This document shows positions 17,471-25,754 of a DNA stretch of 32,000 nucleotides, in pieces. Numbering within the stretch: position 1 is the stretch's first letter; each line of letters starts with the position of its first letter. The DNA is from Candidatus Bathyarchaeota archaeon. GTDB taxonomy: Archaea > Thermoproteota > Bathyarchaeia > Hecatellales > Hecatellaceae. The stretch lies in NCBI GenBank assembly GCA_052246995.1, contig JBQPWD010000001.1, positions 268,732 to 300,731 on the forward strand, given 5' to 3'. The notes below the pieces were generated by a model that saw only the letters and a list, made by a program, of their open reading frames with translations, made no database searches and was not told the DNA's origin. A program made the translations under genes and the position numbers.

Positions 17471-17962
17471 GTGGTAGTTACTATGGTTGAAGGTAAATTT
17501 AAGTTTAAGAAGCTTGCTCTTGGCGGAACATTTGACATTATACATAAAGGGCATGAAAAAACTCTTCTAGAAGCTTTTAAATTGAGCGAGAAGGTTTTGA
17601 TAGGGCTTTCAACAGATTCTCTTGTAAAATCTCTAAAGAAGCATGAAGTAAATCCTTATATGGATAGGAGAAAGTCTCTAGAAGGATTTTTATCTAGGAA
17701 AGGTTTTCTTGGTAGATTTCAAATAATTCCCATAGATAACAGGTTAGGAGTAGCACACATCATTGAAGACTTAGATGCAATAATGGTTAGCAATGAAACT
17801 TTTCATATAGCTGAAGAGATCAATAAAATCAGAAAGGCAAAGGGTTTAAAGCAACTTGAAATAATATTGATAGAAAAAGTTAAGGCTGAAGATGGAAAGC
17901 CAATATCCTCGACAAGAATTCGTGCCAAAGAGATAGATCGAGAAGGTAGGTTAATAGGTTAA
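17471..17962 (+). CDS. coaD: Phosphopantetheine adenylyltransferase, archaeal type (cytidylyltransferase fold)
   Basis: LGGTFDIIHKGHEKTL (HxGH), VSNET and ISSTRIRAKEID motifs. The GTG start at 17471 has an alternative ATG at 17483. Confidence 0.8.
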   Translation: MVVTMVEGKFKFKKLALGGTFDIIHKGHEKTLLEAFKLSEKVLIGLSTDSLVKSLKKHEVNPYMDRRKSLEGFLSRKGFLGRFQIIPIDNRLGVAHIIEDLDAIMVSNETFHIAEEINKIRKAKGLKQLEIILIEKVKAEDGKPISSTRIRAKEIDREGRLIG

Positions 17963-17989
17963 GTTTTTTTAAATCTGTGCAAAGAAATA

Positions 17990-18577
17990 TTGTTAAGCAT
18001 GATAGCTTACATTACAGGTTGTCCTGGAACAGGTAAAACAACCATAGCCTTCGAAACCTCAAAAATTGTTAATTGGAAAGTTATAAATTTAGGTGAACTC
18101 TCAATAGAGAAAGGTTTTATTCTGGGTTTTGATGAGGAGTTAAGTTCGTACATTGTGGATGTTAACTCTCTCTCAAAACACTTAGAAAAATTTTTAATGG
18201 AATCTCAGGAAAAAAACTTCATTTTTGACTCACATTTTATTGTTAAAATTCCAGAAAGATTTAATCCTTTAATCTTTATTTTACGGTGTGAACCGTTTGA
18301 GCTTATCAAAAGACTTGCAGCTAAGGGTTTTTCAAAGAAAAAGGTTTATGAAAATGTGCTAGCTGAAATCTTAGATTTTTCTCTACACGAGGTCTTAGAT
18401 GTTTATGAAGCCAGTAAAGTTCATGAAGTTGATACTACAAGTAAAAGTATTAACGATGTGGTTAACGAGATTTTGGCTGTTATTAGTGGAGAGAAGAAAC
18501 CTAAACTTGGTATGTTTAATTGGATTGCCAAACTTGAAAGTGAAGGAAAACTTGAAGAGGTGTTAAAGTACGTCTGA
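17990..18577 (+). CDS. fap7: Fap7/AK6-type adenylate kinase/NTPase (small-subunit ribosome biogenesis factor)
   Basis: IAYITGCPGTGKTT P-loop, D.H......P, ILRCEP..L..RL..KGFS.KKV.EN..AEILD and EVDTT motifs. The likely start is ATG 17999, within the TTG-initiated ORF. Confidence 0.8.
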   Translation: MLSMIAYITGCPGTGKTTIAFETSKIVNWKVINLGELSIEKGFILGFDEELSSYIVDVNSLSKHLEKFLMESQEKNFIFDSHFIVKIPERFNPLIFILRCEPFELIKRLAAKGFSKKKVYENVLAEILDFSLHEVLDVYEASKVHEVDTTSKSINDVVNEILAVISGEKKPKLGMFNWIAKLESEGKLEEVLKYV

Positions 18578-18590
18578 GCGTAGAGGTTAC

Positions 18591-18752
18591 ATGATGTTTA
18601 AATGTTCTTCGTGCGGAAAGGTAAATATGGCTAAAGCTGGACAAAAAAGCAAATACTGTGTTTTCTGCGGTTTAAGAAATAACCTAGCTAAAGTTAGAGT
18701 CTTAGCCTTAGCTTCAACATTAGATGAAGCTAAAAAAAAATTAAAAGTTTAA
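18591..18752 (+). CDS. Small zinc-ribbon protein (53 aa), DUF1922-like
   Basis: Below the ORF-track cutoff. The translation is MMFKCSSCGKVNMAKAGQKSKYCVFCGLRNNLAKVRVLALASTLDEAKKKLKV. It has a CxxC...CxxCG pair followed by a short helix. GAGGT lies 5 nt upstream of the ATG. Confidence 0.6.
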   Translation: MMFKCSSCGKVNMAKAGQKSKYCVFCGLRNNLAKVRVLALASTLDEAKKKLKV

Positions 18753-18833
18753 AATCTGGTGAAGTGTAATCCACTCTTGCTAAAAACATAAGGTTAATTA
18801 TCCTTAAACTAACATTATTGGATGGTGAAATAA

Positions 18834-19259
18834 TTGTCAAACATTGCTGCAAGAAGATTCTTTGAGGAAATCTCAACAGCATTGGATAAGCATGTTGTAA
18901 TAGTAACAACTTCAAACAAAAAGTACGATGGCGTACTTGTAGGTTTTGAGCCTACAACATTAAGCTTGTGTTTAGCTAATGTAAAAAGCGAGGATGGAGA
19001 AGAGATTCCAAAAATGTTTATAAACGGGAGAGTAGTTGCACAATTCTTTGTAACAGAAAAACCATTTAATCTTAAAGGTCTTGCAGAGAGGCTTGAAAAA
19101 GTATTTCCCAAGCTTGTAAAAGTTTACGAGGATGCAGGGGTTATCCTTGTAATGGATAAAATTAGAGTTACGAAGGATGGTGTGGTTGAAGGTTCAGGTC
19201 CAGCTGTAGAAAGAGTTAAAAAGGTTTACGAAGAGTTTATAAAAGAAGTATCAGGCTAG
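18834..19259 (+). CDS. Sm-like (LSm) archaeal protein with a C-terminal extension (SmAP3-like architecture)
   Basis: 141 aa. The N-terminal Sm fold signature is L.K.V.V.T...K.Y.G.L.GFE...L.L.LANV...DGE....FINGR.V. An extra ~65-aa C-terminal domain follows. GGTGA lies 5 nt before the TTG start. Confidence 0.65.
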   Translation: MSNIAARRFFEEISTALDKHVVIVTTSNKKYDGVLVGFEPTTLSLCLANVKSEDGEEIPKMFINGRVVAQFFVTEKPFNLKGLAERLEKVFPKLVKVYEDAGVILVMDKIRVTKDGVVEGSGPAVERVKKVYEEFIKEVSG

Positions 19260-19357
19260 TTCTAAGTAAACTTTAACAACTTAAAGGTTTTAAGGTAAAA
19301 AGCCTACTATATACCTTATATCTAGTAATTTTTTGGTTTTTCTCTAAGGGTTGGCTG

Positions 19358-20983
19358 ATGTGTTTTGAAGTTAAAAGCAAGGACTTACTTGGAAGAATAG
19401 GAAAAATTAAAACTAAAAGCGGGATTATTGAAACCCCGCTTTTACTTCCAGTTGTTAATCCTAAAAAAATCGAAATTCATCCTAAAGAGTTTTTTGAAGA
19501 ATTTAAATTTAAGGCTTTAATGACAAATGCTTACATTTTAAAAAAATATTTTGAAAAAGATGTCGTAAAAAGAGGTGTTCACAATTTTCTAGAATTTAAC
19601 GGTGTTGTAATGACCGATTCTGGAGGATATCAAATTTTAAGATATGGACATGTAGATGTTAAACCGTTGGAAATTTTCGACTTTCAAGAAAAGATAGGCT
19701 CAGATATAGGTGTAATTCTCGATGTTCCAACAGGATGGAACGTTTCAAGAAATTATGCTGAATGGACAGTAAACGAAACACTAAAAAGGGCTAAGGAAGT
19801 TCAAAATTATCTTAAAAATCAACATACCACCCTCTGGGTTGGTCCTGTTCAAGGTGGAAGCTACCTAGACCTTATCTCGCTTTCTGCAAGTGAACTAAGC
19901 AAAATTCCGTTTGACATCTACGCCATTGGAAGCCCCACAGAAGTTATGGAAAGATATCTTTTTGACTTTCTTGTAAAAATGATCTTAACTGCAAAGCTAA
20001 ATCTTCCATCAAATAAACCTTTACACCTTTTTGGGGCTGGCCATCCCCTTATATTCTCTTTTATTGTTGCTCTTGGTTGTGACATGTTTGATTCAGCATC
20101 TTATGCTCTTTATGCTAGAGATGGAAGATATCTTACGGAAACAGGTACAATAAGACTTAAAAACTTAGAATATTTTTTTTGTGATTGCCCCGTTTGTAGA
20201 AGTTTAACTCCAAAAGACTTAAAAGAAAAGGAAGAAAGTGAAAGAAGATACCTTCTAATGAGGCATAATCTTTATGTTTGCTGGCGTGAAATTCAACGTA
20301 TTAAACAGCACATAAGCGAGGGCAAACTCTGGGAACTTTTAGAGTTAAGAGCAAGAGCTCATCCAAGCTTATTCAAGGCATTTAACTTAATTGCTAACTT
20401 ATCTAAGCTTTTTCTAAATGACACCCCTTTATTTAAAGAGCGTGGAATGTTTATTTTTGATGAAATTAGCGCTAAAAGACCTGAAATTATCTCCTACAAG
20501 GAGAGGTTAATAGAAAATTATGGTAAACCCGAGGACGCAAAAATTCTTCTCCTTTTACCGCCACCTTCCATGAAGCCGTTTCACAAGTCTAAGGAATTCA
20601 ATCTTCTCTCCAAATCTTTAGAGGATGGCGACTTTAATTTCAAAAACCTTCATATATGTTTTTACACGCCACCTTTTGGAGTGGTTCCAATAGAAATTGA
20701 TGATGTTTATCCCCTGTCCCAATTTGAAGCTGGAGAATTGTTTAAAGGTGAAGTAAAAACCGAGATCGCCAAAAACATTGCTAGGTATTTCAAGAGTAAA
20801 TTTTATAAACTAATGGTGGTTTATAGGGAACCTAAACTTCTGCCTGATAAGTTACTTAACAGGATTATTGGTGACAAGGTGGGCTTGGTTAACGTCATTG
20901 ACGCTGTTAAGGATCCTTATTCTCAAGACTCGCTTGATCACTTTATTAAGTGCTTAAAAAACATTGTTGAAAAGTTTACATAG
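19358..20983 (+). CDS. tgtA: Archaeosine tRNA-guanine transglycosylase (ArcTGT)
   Basis: The N-terminus (DLLGRIGKIKT..G.IETP.LLPVVNP), TDSGGYQ and the zinc site CDCPVC...H are present. At 541 aa it is shorter than the ~580-650 aa PUA-containing enzymes. The C-terminus does not look PUA-like to me. Confidence 0.88.
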   Translation: MCFEVKSKDLLGRIGKIKTKSGIIETPLLLPVVNPKKIEIHPKEFFEEFKFKALMTNAYILKKYFEKDVVKRGVHNFLEFNGVVMTDSGGYQILRYGHVDVKPLEIFDFQEKIGSDIGVILDVPTGWNVSRNYAEWTVNETLKRAKEVQNYLKNQHTTLWVGPVQGGSYLDLISLSASELSKIPFDIYAIGSPTEVMERYLFDFLVKMILTAKLNLPSNKPLHLFGAGHPLIFSFIVALGCDMFDSASYALYARDGRYLTETGTIRLKNLEYFFCDCPVCRSLTPKDLKEKEESERRYLLMRHNLYVCWREIQRIKQHISEGKLWELLELRARAHPSLFKAFNLIANLSKLFLNDTPLFKERGMFIFDEISAKRPEIISYKERLIENYGKPEDAKILLLLPPPSMKPFHKSKEFNLLSKSLEDGDFNFKNLHICFYTPPFGVVPIEIDDVYPLSQFEAGELFKGEVKTEIAKNIARYFKSKFYKLMVVYREPKLLPDKLLNRIIGDKVGLVNVIDAVKDPYSQDSLDHFIKCLKNIVEKFT

Positions 20984-21143
20984 CCTTAATATGCTTAACC
21001 ACTGGTGATCTCTTCTTTTTAAGGATTCTATACCCGCATTTTGGACATTTAAGCTCAGGCATTATGTTCAACTCATCATAAGTAAACACTTTATTACATC
21101 GCACACACTGGTACTCAACTTTAATCTCAGCCAATACTCGCAC
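20976..21143 (-). CDS. rpoP: DNA-directed RNA polymerase subunit P (Rpo12/RPABC4)
   Basis: Below the ORF-track cutoff. The translation is (M)RVLAEIKVEYQCVRCNKVFTYDELNIMPELKCPKCGYRILKKKRSPVVKHIKAM. The Y.C.RC....... ....RCP.CGYRIL.K.R pattern is diagnostic. The GTG start at 21143 has an alternative TTG at 21134. The gene overlaps the tgtA 3' end convergently by 8 nt. Confidence 0.85.
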   Translation of the reverse strand: MRVLAEIKVEYQCVRCNKVFTYDELNIMPELKCPKCGYRILKKKRSPVVKHIKAM

Positions 21144-21237
21144 CGTTAAAGTTGAATACTACATGAAATTTAAACATTTCTGGCTGAAAAAGATAAATAA
21201 AGGTAGAATTTTCTTAGTTAAGAAGAAAACCTAGAGG

Positions 21238-21528
21238 GTGGTGCGGAGGATAAATTTCCCAAAAAGTGTAAGAACTTACTGTCCAAGATGTAAAACACAT
21301 ACCATCCATATGGTTAGTCTCTACAGGAAGGGTAAGGATAGGGCTCTCGCAGCCGGAGCAAGGCATCATGAATGGGATAAACATGGGTATGGTGGCCAAA
21401 AATATCCTGAACTTAAAAGAACCGCTAAAACAACAAAAAAAGCTACAATGAAGCTTAAGTGTAAAGAATGTGGTTGTACTTTTCATAAAAATGGAATTAG
21501 GCTTAGAAAGGCTACGGTGAAGTCTTAA
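21238..21528 (+). CDS. rpl44e: 50S ribosomal protein L44e (eL42)
   Basis: [18 protein letters not shown] and KLKCKECG motifs. The GTG start lies within GAGGGTGGTG. Confidence 0.95.
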   Translation: MVRRINFPKSVRTYCPRCKTHTIHMVSLYRKGKDRALAAGARHHEWDKHGYGGQKYPELKRTAKTTKKATMKLKCKECGCTFHKNGIRLRKATVKS

Positions 21529-21545
21529 AAGCGGGGTTTAGCATT

Positions 21546-21746
21546 ATGGTTAGCCGGTTGAAGGAGCTAATTCCCAGACCGAGAAGTAAATTTTTAAGGG
21601 TAAAATGTTCTGAGTGTGGAAATGAACAGTTGATATTTAGCATGGCAAGTATGTGTATTCCATGTAGGGTTTGTGGAGGAATTCTAGCTGAACCTACTGG
21701 TGGAAAAGCGATAATTAAAGGAGAAGTTGTAGAGGAGTTAACCTAG
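21546..21746 (+). CDS. rps27e: 30S ribosomal protein S27e
   Basis: 66 aa with [16 protein letters not shown]....... [14 protein letters not shown]. Confidence 0.95.
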   Translation: MVSRLKELIPRPRSKFLRVKCSECGNEQLIFSMASMCIPCRVCGGILAEPTGGKAIIKGEVVEELT

Positions 21747-21762
21747 TTCTGAATTTTTATAA

Positions 21763-22581
21763 TTGTTTATACCGTACAGGGGTGTTGCTGTGGAGAGTTC
21801 ATCATCTGAGAACTTTCCAGAGGTTGGTGAGCTTGTTGTTGCAACGGTTTCAAACATTACTGATTATGGTGTATATGTAAAACTGGACGAGTATCGTAAT
21901 ATTGAAGGATTACTTCACATTTCGGAGATATCTTCAGGATGGGTAAAAAATATTTATGATTATGTTAGGGAAGGTCAAAAACTTGTCTTAAAGGTTTTAA
22001 GAGTTGATAAAGAGAAAGTGCATGTAGATTTATCCCTTAGAAGAGTTAGCAAAAGAGAAAAACAGGAAAAAATGGCTGAGTGGAAACGAAGAAAAAGAGC
22101 TTTATCAATTCTTGAAGCTGCAGCTCAGAAGGTTAACCTTGACCCCGGAAAATTTGTTAATGAAGTTGTACCCATTTTTGAAGATAAACTTGGAGGTTTA
22201 TACGAGGGGCTTGAAGAGCTGGTTGAAAAGGGTGAAGAACTTGCTGAAAAACTTAAATTGCCAAGTGAATGGGTTAAGGTAATTTACGATGTTGCAAAGC
22301 AAAAAATTAAACCTCAAACTGTAAGTATTAAAGGTATCTTAAAACTAACAACAACTGCTCCTAATGGTGTTGAAATTATAAAAAAAATTTTGATGGAAAG
22401 TAAGTCTGTTAGAAGATTTAGAAAGGCAAGGGTTGACATATACACTATTGGTGCACCTCGATATGTTGTTGAGGTTACGGCAAAAAATTATAAGGATGCT
22501 GAAAAAGTTTTAAATGAAGTTGTTTCTTACGCCTTAAAGGAAATTAAAAGTGTTGGTGGCGAAGGCGAGTTTAAAAGATAG
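21763..22581 (+). CDS. eif2a: Translation initiation factor aIF2 alpha subunit
   Basis: S1 domain FPEVGELVVATV..ITDYGVYVKLDEY..IEGLLHISEISSGWVKNI...V.EGQK.V.KVLRVD. GTG at 21790, with AGGGGTG upstream, is an equally plausible start. Confidence 0.93.
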   Translation: MFIPYRGVAVESSSSENFPEVGELVVATVSNITDYGVYVKLDEYRNIEGLLHISEISSGWVKNIYDYVREGQKLVLKVLRVDKEKVHVDLSLRRVSKREKQEKMAEWKRRKRALSILEAAAQKVNLDPGKFVNEVVPIFEDKLGGLYEGLEELVEKGEELAEKLKLPSEWVKVIYDVAKQKIKPQTVSIKGILKLTTTAPNGVEIIKKILMESKSVRRFRKARVDIYTIGAPRYVVEVTAKNYKDAEKVLNEVVSYALKEIKSVGGEGEFKR

Positions 22582-22605
22582 CCTTTTTTAGCTGGTTGAG
22601 GATCT

Positions 22606-22788
22606 TTGTCACCAGTTTTGCTAAGAAGATGTAAAAAATGTGGCGAGTACACTCTAAATAAAATTTCCTGTCCAAAATGTGGTGGCGAAGTTTACACTCC
22701 AGCACCCCCAAAATTTTCTCCTGATGATAAGTATGCTAAATACAGGAGAATGATGAAGGAATTTGCAAAAATGGAATGTAAAAATTAA
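22606..22788 (+). CDS. nop10: H/ACA RNP component Nop10
   Basis: LRRCKKCGEYTL...CPKCGGEV..PAPPKFSPDDKYAKYRR. The TTG start is preceded by TGAGGA. The L44e-S27e-aIF2alpha-Nop10 order is conserved in archaea. Confidence 0.9.
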   Translation: MSPVLLRRCKKCGEYTLNKISCPKCGGEVYTPAPPKFSPDDKYAKYRRMMKEFAKMECKN

Positions 22789-24773
22789 TCTATACCTTTA
22801 ACTATTATAACTTGGGTTGTAATTTTAGGCTCGTTACTTATAACGTATTGGTGAGATGGAGAAACGTATACCACCTCAAACTTTTCGAAAATAACGTTGA
22901 TACCGCATGCATAAAGAATAAGTTTCCCAAGCAACGTATCCCAGTCTGGGAGACCATTTTCGTCCTTATCAACATTTTCAATGCTAATTTCAGGGTGAAC
23001 CTTATTGGCTATTCTTGCCATCCAACCCCACTTACCCTCATCCCCAAAACCAAGAGGTTGATGAAAACCTGACCATTTAGCTGTTGTTATAAACACTAGT
23101 ATGTAGGTTGAGTTAAAATATTTTTTTGAAAGGTTTAATGCTCCAGTTTCATTTGAAAGTAGGATTTGCCCAATATGAGCTATCTGGGTTGTGTTTAATG
23201 TTGCATTATCAGCAACACTTGTGCTATTCCCGTAAATTGAAACCCAATAACCATAATCCCACCAACATATCACTGGTGTTCCCTTAGGGACGTTTTTATC
23301 AATCCACTTTAACGCGTCAAACCAATCTTCACGGTATTCTCTAATGGGGACTGAGGCTGAGGCTATTGTAACAGGTGTATAGGCATACTCAACAGTTCTA
23401 TAAAACGTAGGTATTAAAGTTGCAGTAAAAATGATAATGGTAAGTATTAAAACTTTTAAGCTTATGGTGGCTAAAACCTTCTTTTTAGCTGAAACTTTTC
23501 TAAGCTTAACTTTTTCAACAACAGATTTTAATGTCTCACTAACACCATAAGCTGCAATCAAGCAGAGTGCTGGTGCAAAAATTAGGTTAAGCCTAATAAA
23601 CGACGATGCAAAGTAAAGTGAGGTTAAACCAAACAGTATTAGATATAAAGCCTTATAATCTCCACGCTTAAATGCAAAATATAAGCCTAAAGGTAGAAGA
23701 AAAAGAAGAGCACCAAAACTGTTGTAAAACGTGGCCCAAGTGCTCATCTGGTGTTCTGCAACTGACTCAATAATGGGTGATTCACTCCTAATTTGTGGGT
23801 TAACAACGGCTAAAAACTTTCCTGTGATTGGTGCTACAACTCCTGAAAAGTATACTACCGCTACTGAGATTACAATAGCAAAGATGATGGTAAGGTTTCT
23901 GGATAAAGGTTGCATGTTAACACGTTTTAATGCTTCATGTGCCGTTAAAACAGCAAACCCACTAAGAACAGGAATAACTCCAAAAGTTGTTACGGTTGCC
24001 CAACCAGGTCTTGGAAACGGCAACGATATTGTTATACCAATTATCATAGTTAAAAGGTAAGCAAGTGTTAACCTAGAAGACTCTCTTCTAACAAGAACTG
24101 CTGTTATAAGGTAGAGTGGGATTAAGCCAAACATGTAGTAGAAGGCTCCCCATGAAATTGTTAAATAAGCTAAGAATATACCTGAAAACGTTGAATAAAG
24201 TATACACTTTTTTGACGTGTTGTTTGGGTTAGCTGCTTTTACAAAGAAAAGAGAGCACAAAACTATTGCAAAAACTCCTATACTTTCATGTTTAAAAAAA
24301 CCTAGACTTGTCCTACTAATATAGGCTGAGTTGAGGGCTAGAAAAAGAGCTGTAAGAAGGCCAACCTCCTCCTTACCAAATTCTTTACCAAAGAAATACA
24401 AGGCTAAAACTGTAAGCGTAGCCATAAAGGGTGGAAAATAAATTGTAATATCCATCAATGAAACATTAAAGCCTAAACTTTGAACAAAGATGTAAAATGC
24501 TGCTGCTGTAAGTGGTAAGCCTATAGGTGTTGTTGAAGATACTGGCCTACCCCAAGGAAACCACGTTTTATCATCAATCCAGCTGTTACTAAAGATCCAA
24601 CTAACTCCATTTTTAACGATGTAATCTGCAACATACCAATGCCAGAAGGAGTCGAATTCGCTTAGGTATGCACCCCATTCTAGTGGTAAGATTCTTACAG
24701 TAAACGCTATAAAGCATATTATGGTCAAACATGTTAGAGTTAAAACATTTTTCAGGCTTAGCTTTTTAAGCAT
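22785..24773 (-). CDS. aglB: Archaeal oligosaccharyltransferase AglB (STT3 family)
   Basis: 662 aa. It has a multi-TM N-terminal domain, the WWDYGYW catalytic motif and a DK-type motif (DEGKWGWM). It overlaps nop10 convergently by 4 nt. Confidence 0.9.
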   Translation of the reverse strand: MLKKLSLKNVLTLTCLTIICFIAFTVRILPLEWGAYLSEFDSFWHWYVADYIVKNGVSWIFSNSWIDDKTWFPWGRPVSSTTPIGLPLTAAAFYIFVQSLGFNVSLMDITIYFPPFMATLTVLALYFFGKEFGKEEVGLLTALFLALNSAYISRTSLGFFKHESIGVFAIVLCSLFFVKAANPNNTSKKCILYSTFSGIFLAYLTISWGAFYYMFGLIPLYLITAVLVRRESSRLTLAYLLTMIIGITISLPFPRPGWATVTTFGVIPVLSGFAVLTAHEALKRVNMQPLSRNLTIIFAIVISVAVVYFSGVVAPITGKFLAVVNPQIRSESPIIESVAEHQMSTWATFYNSFGALLFLLPLGLYFAFKRGDYKALYLILFGLTSLYFASSFIRLNLIFAPALCLIAAYGVSETLKSVVEKVKLRKVSAKKKVLATISLKVLILTIIIFTATLIPTFYRTVEYAYTPVTIASASVPIREYREDWFDALKWIDKNVPKGTPVICWWDYGYWVSIYGNSTSVADNATLNTTQIAHIGQILLSNETGALNLSKKYFNSTYILVFITTAKWSGFHQPLGFGDEGKWGWMARIANKVHPEISIENVDKDENGLPDWDTLLGKLILYACGINVIFEKFEVVYVSPSHQYVISNEPKITTQVIIVKGID

Positions 24774-24882
24774 TTCTAAACTTTAACCTCCAAGTTTTCA
24801 GCAAAAACTTATATATGTTTAGCCAGTATTTTTGTCTTTCCAAGACAATACTCCATAAAAAAGCCTAACCTAGCTGGTTGTC

Positions 24883-25227
24883 ATGGTTAAATTTTACAGA
24901 AAACGTTACCTACTTTTTAAACTAATCTCGGAAGAAGGTAATGTTGAGGAAGATGCAGCTAAGAGGGCTATAGTGAACTCTTTTCAGTTTCTTTTTGGTT
25001 TAACAGGAATAAGTGAAGCAGGCTTGATGTTTTTATGTTACGACAAACAAACATCGACTGGAATAATCAGATGCAATCATAAATTTGTGAACCACTTAAG
25101 AGCATCCCTAACGTTTATTAGAGAAATTAACGGTAAAAAGACGCTAGTTTACACGGTAAGAGTTTCAGGAACATTGAAAACATTAAAAGAATTTAAAAGA
25201 AGAACCTTAGAAAAAGAATGCAGCTAG
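24883..25227 (+). CDS. rnp2: RNase P protein component 2 (Pop5)
   Basis: 114 aa with RKRYLLFKL near the N-terminus, FG..G......L..YD....GIIRCNHK and VSGTLK near the C-terminus. Confidence 0.75.
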   Translation: MVKFYRKRYLLFKLISEEGNVEEDAAKRAIVNSFQFLFGLTGISEAGLMFLCYDKQTSTGIIRCNHKFVNHLRASLTFIREINGKKTLVYTVRVSGTLKTLKEFKRRTLEKECS

Positions 25228-25261
25228 TGTCGAAAAGTTAGGAGAAAACTTTATTTAAAGT

Positions 25262-25318
25262 TCAGCTCGTCGCGTGGTCTTCATTTCATCTAGGATCAGG
25301 CTGGGACGACTTCATCAT
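25262..25318 (-). ncRNA. C/D box sRNA (2'-O-methylation guide)
   Basis: The minus strand reads ATGATGA (C) - AGTCGTCCCAGC (12 nt) - CTGA (D') - TCCTAGATGAA - ATGAAGA (C', one mismatch) - CCACGCGACGAG (12 nt) - CTGA (D), 57 nt in total. Both guides are exactly 12 nt. They are GC-rich in an AT-rich spacer. Confidence 0.65.
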
Positions 25319-25754
25319 GCAATAATTATGAAGTTTCAGAACTATTTATCCATTTAGATTCGTTAACTATGTCCAGTCAGATCTGATTTTTTAAAATAGG
25401 AAAAAGAAAAGGTTAAGTTTTAGGTAAAACTTTTAGCCTGTAATTTACCAAGACCTTGTTGGAAAATGAGGATTGTTCCACTAGACTTACATGGTAATTC
25501 AATGATGGCTTAACAATGTTATCTTCATGAAGTATTTAAACTAAAGTTCTTCCCAAGAACAAGCCACTCAAAGAGTGAAAATTTCAAATGAGAGTGTTTG
25601 GAGATGTTTAGAAAATGCTATAAGAAAAAAGTTGTGGCAATACTTGTTGAAAATGGCTTTTTGGTTGCCACTTCTTAATAGAAGAACTTTTAGCATAAAT
25701 TATAAAGGCTTCTCTGAATATTTTAAACAGCGGTAAGAGCGGGGTTGTGCCAGT

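Noticed and set aside
25497-25545. Second C/D-like stretch AATGATGG...TCATGAAG on the plus strand
   Set aside because: No CTGA D or D' box occurs at the required 12-nt spacing on either strand.
25604-25678. 24-aa ORF (MFRKCYKKKVVAILVENGFLVATS) spanning the GTGGCAA/TTGCCAC inverted repeat upstream of ileS; a possible leader peptide
   Set aside because: The GGAG abuts the ATG with no spacer. No Ile-codon run suggests attenuation, and this mechanism is not established for archaeal aaRS genes.
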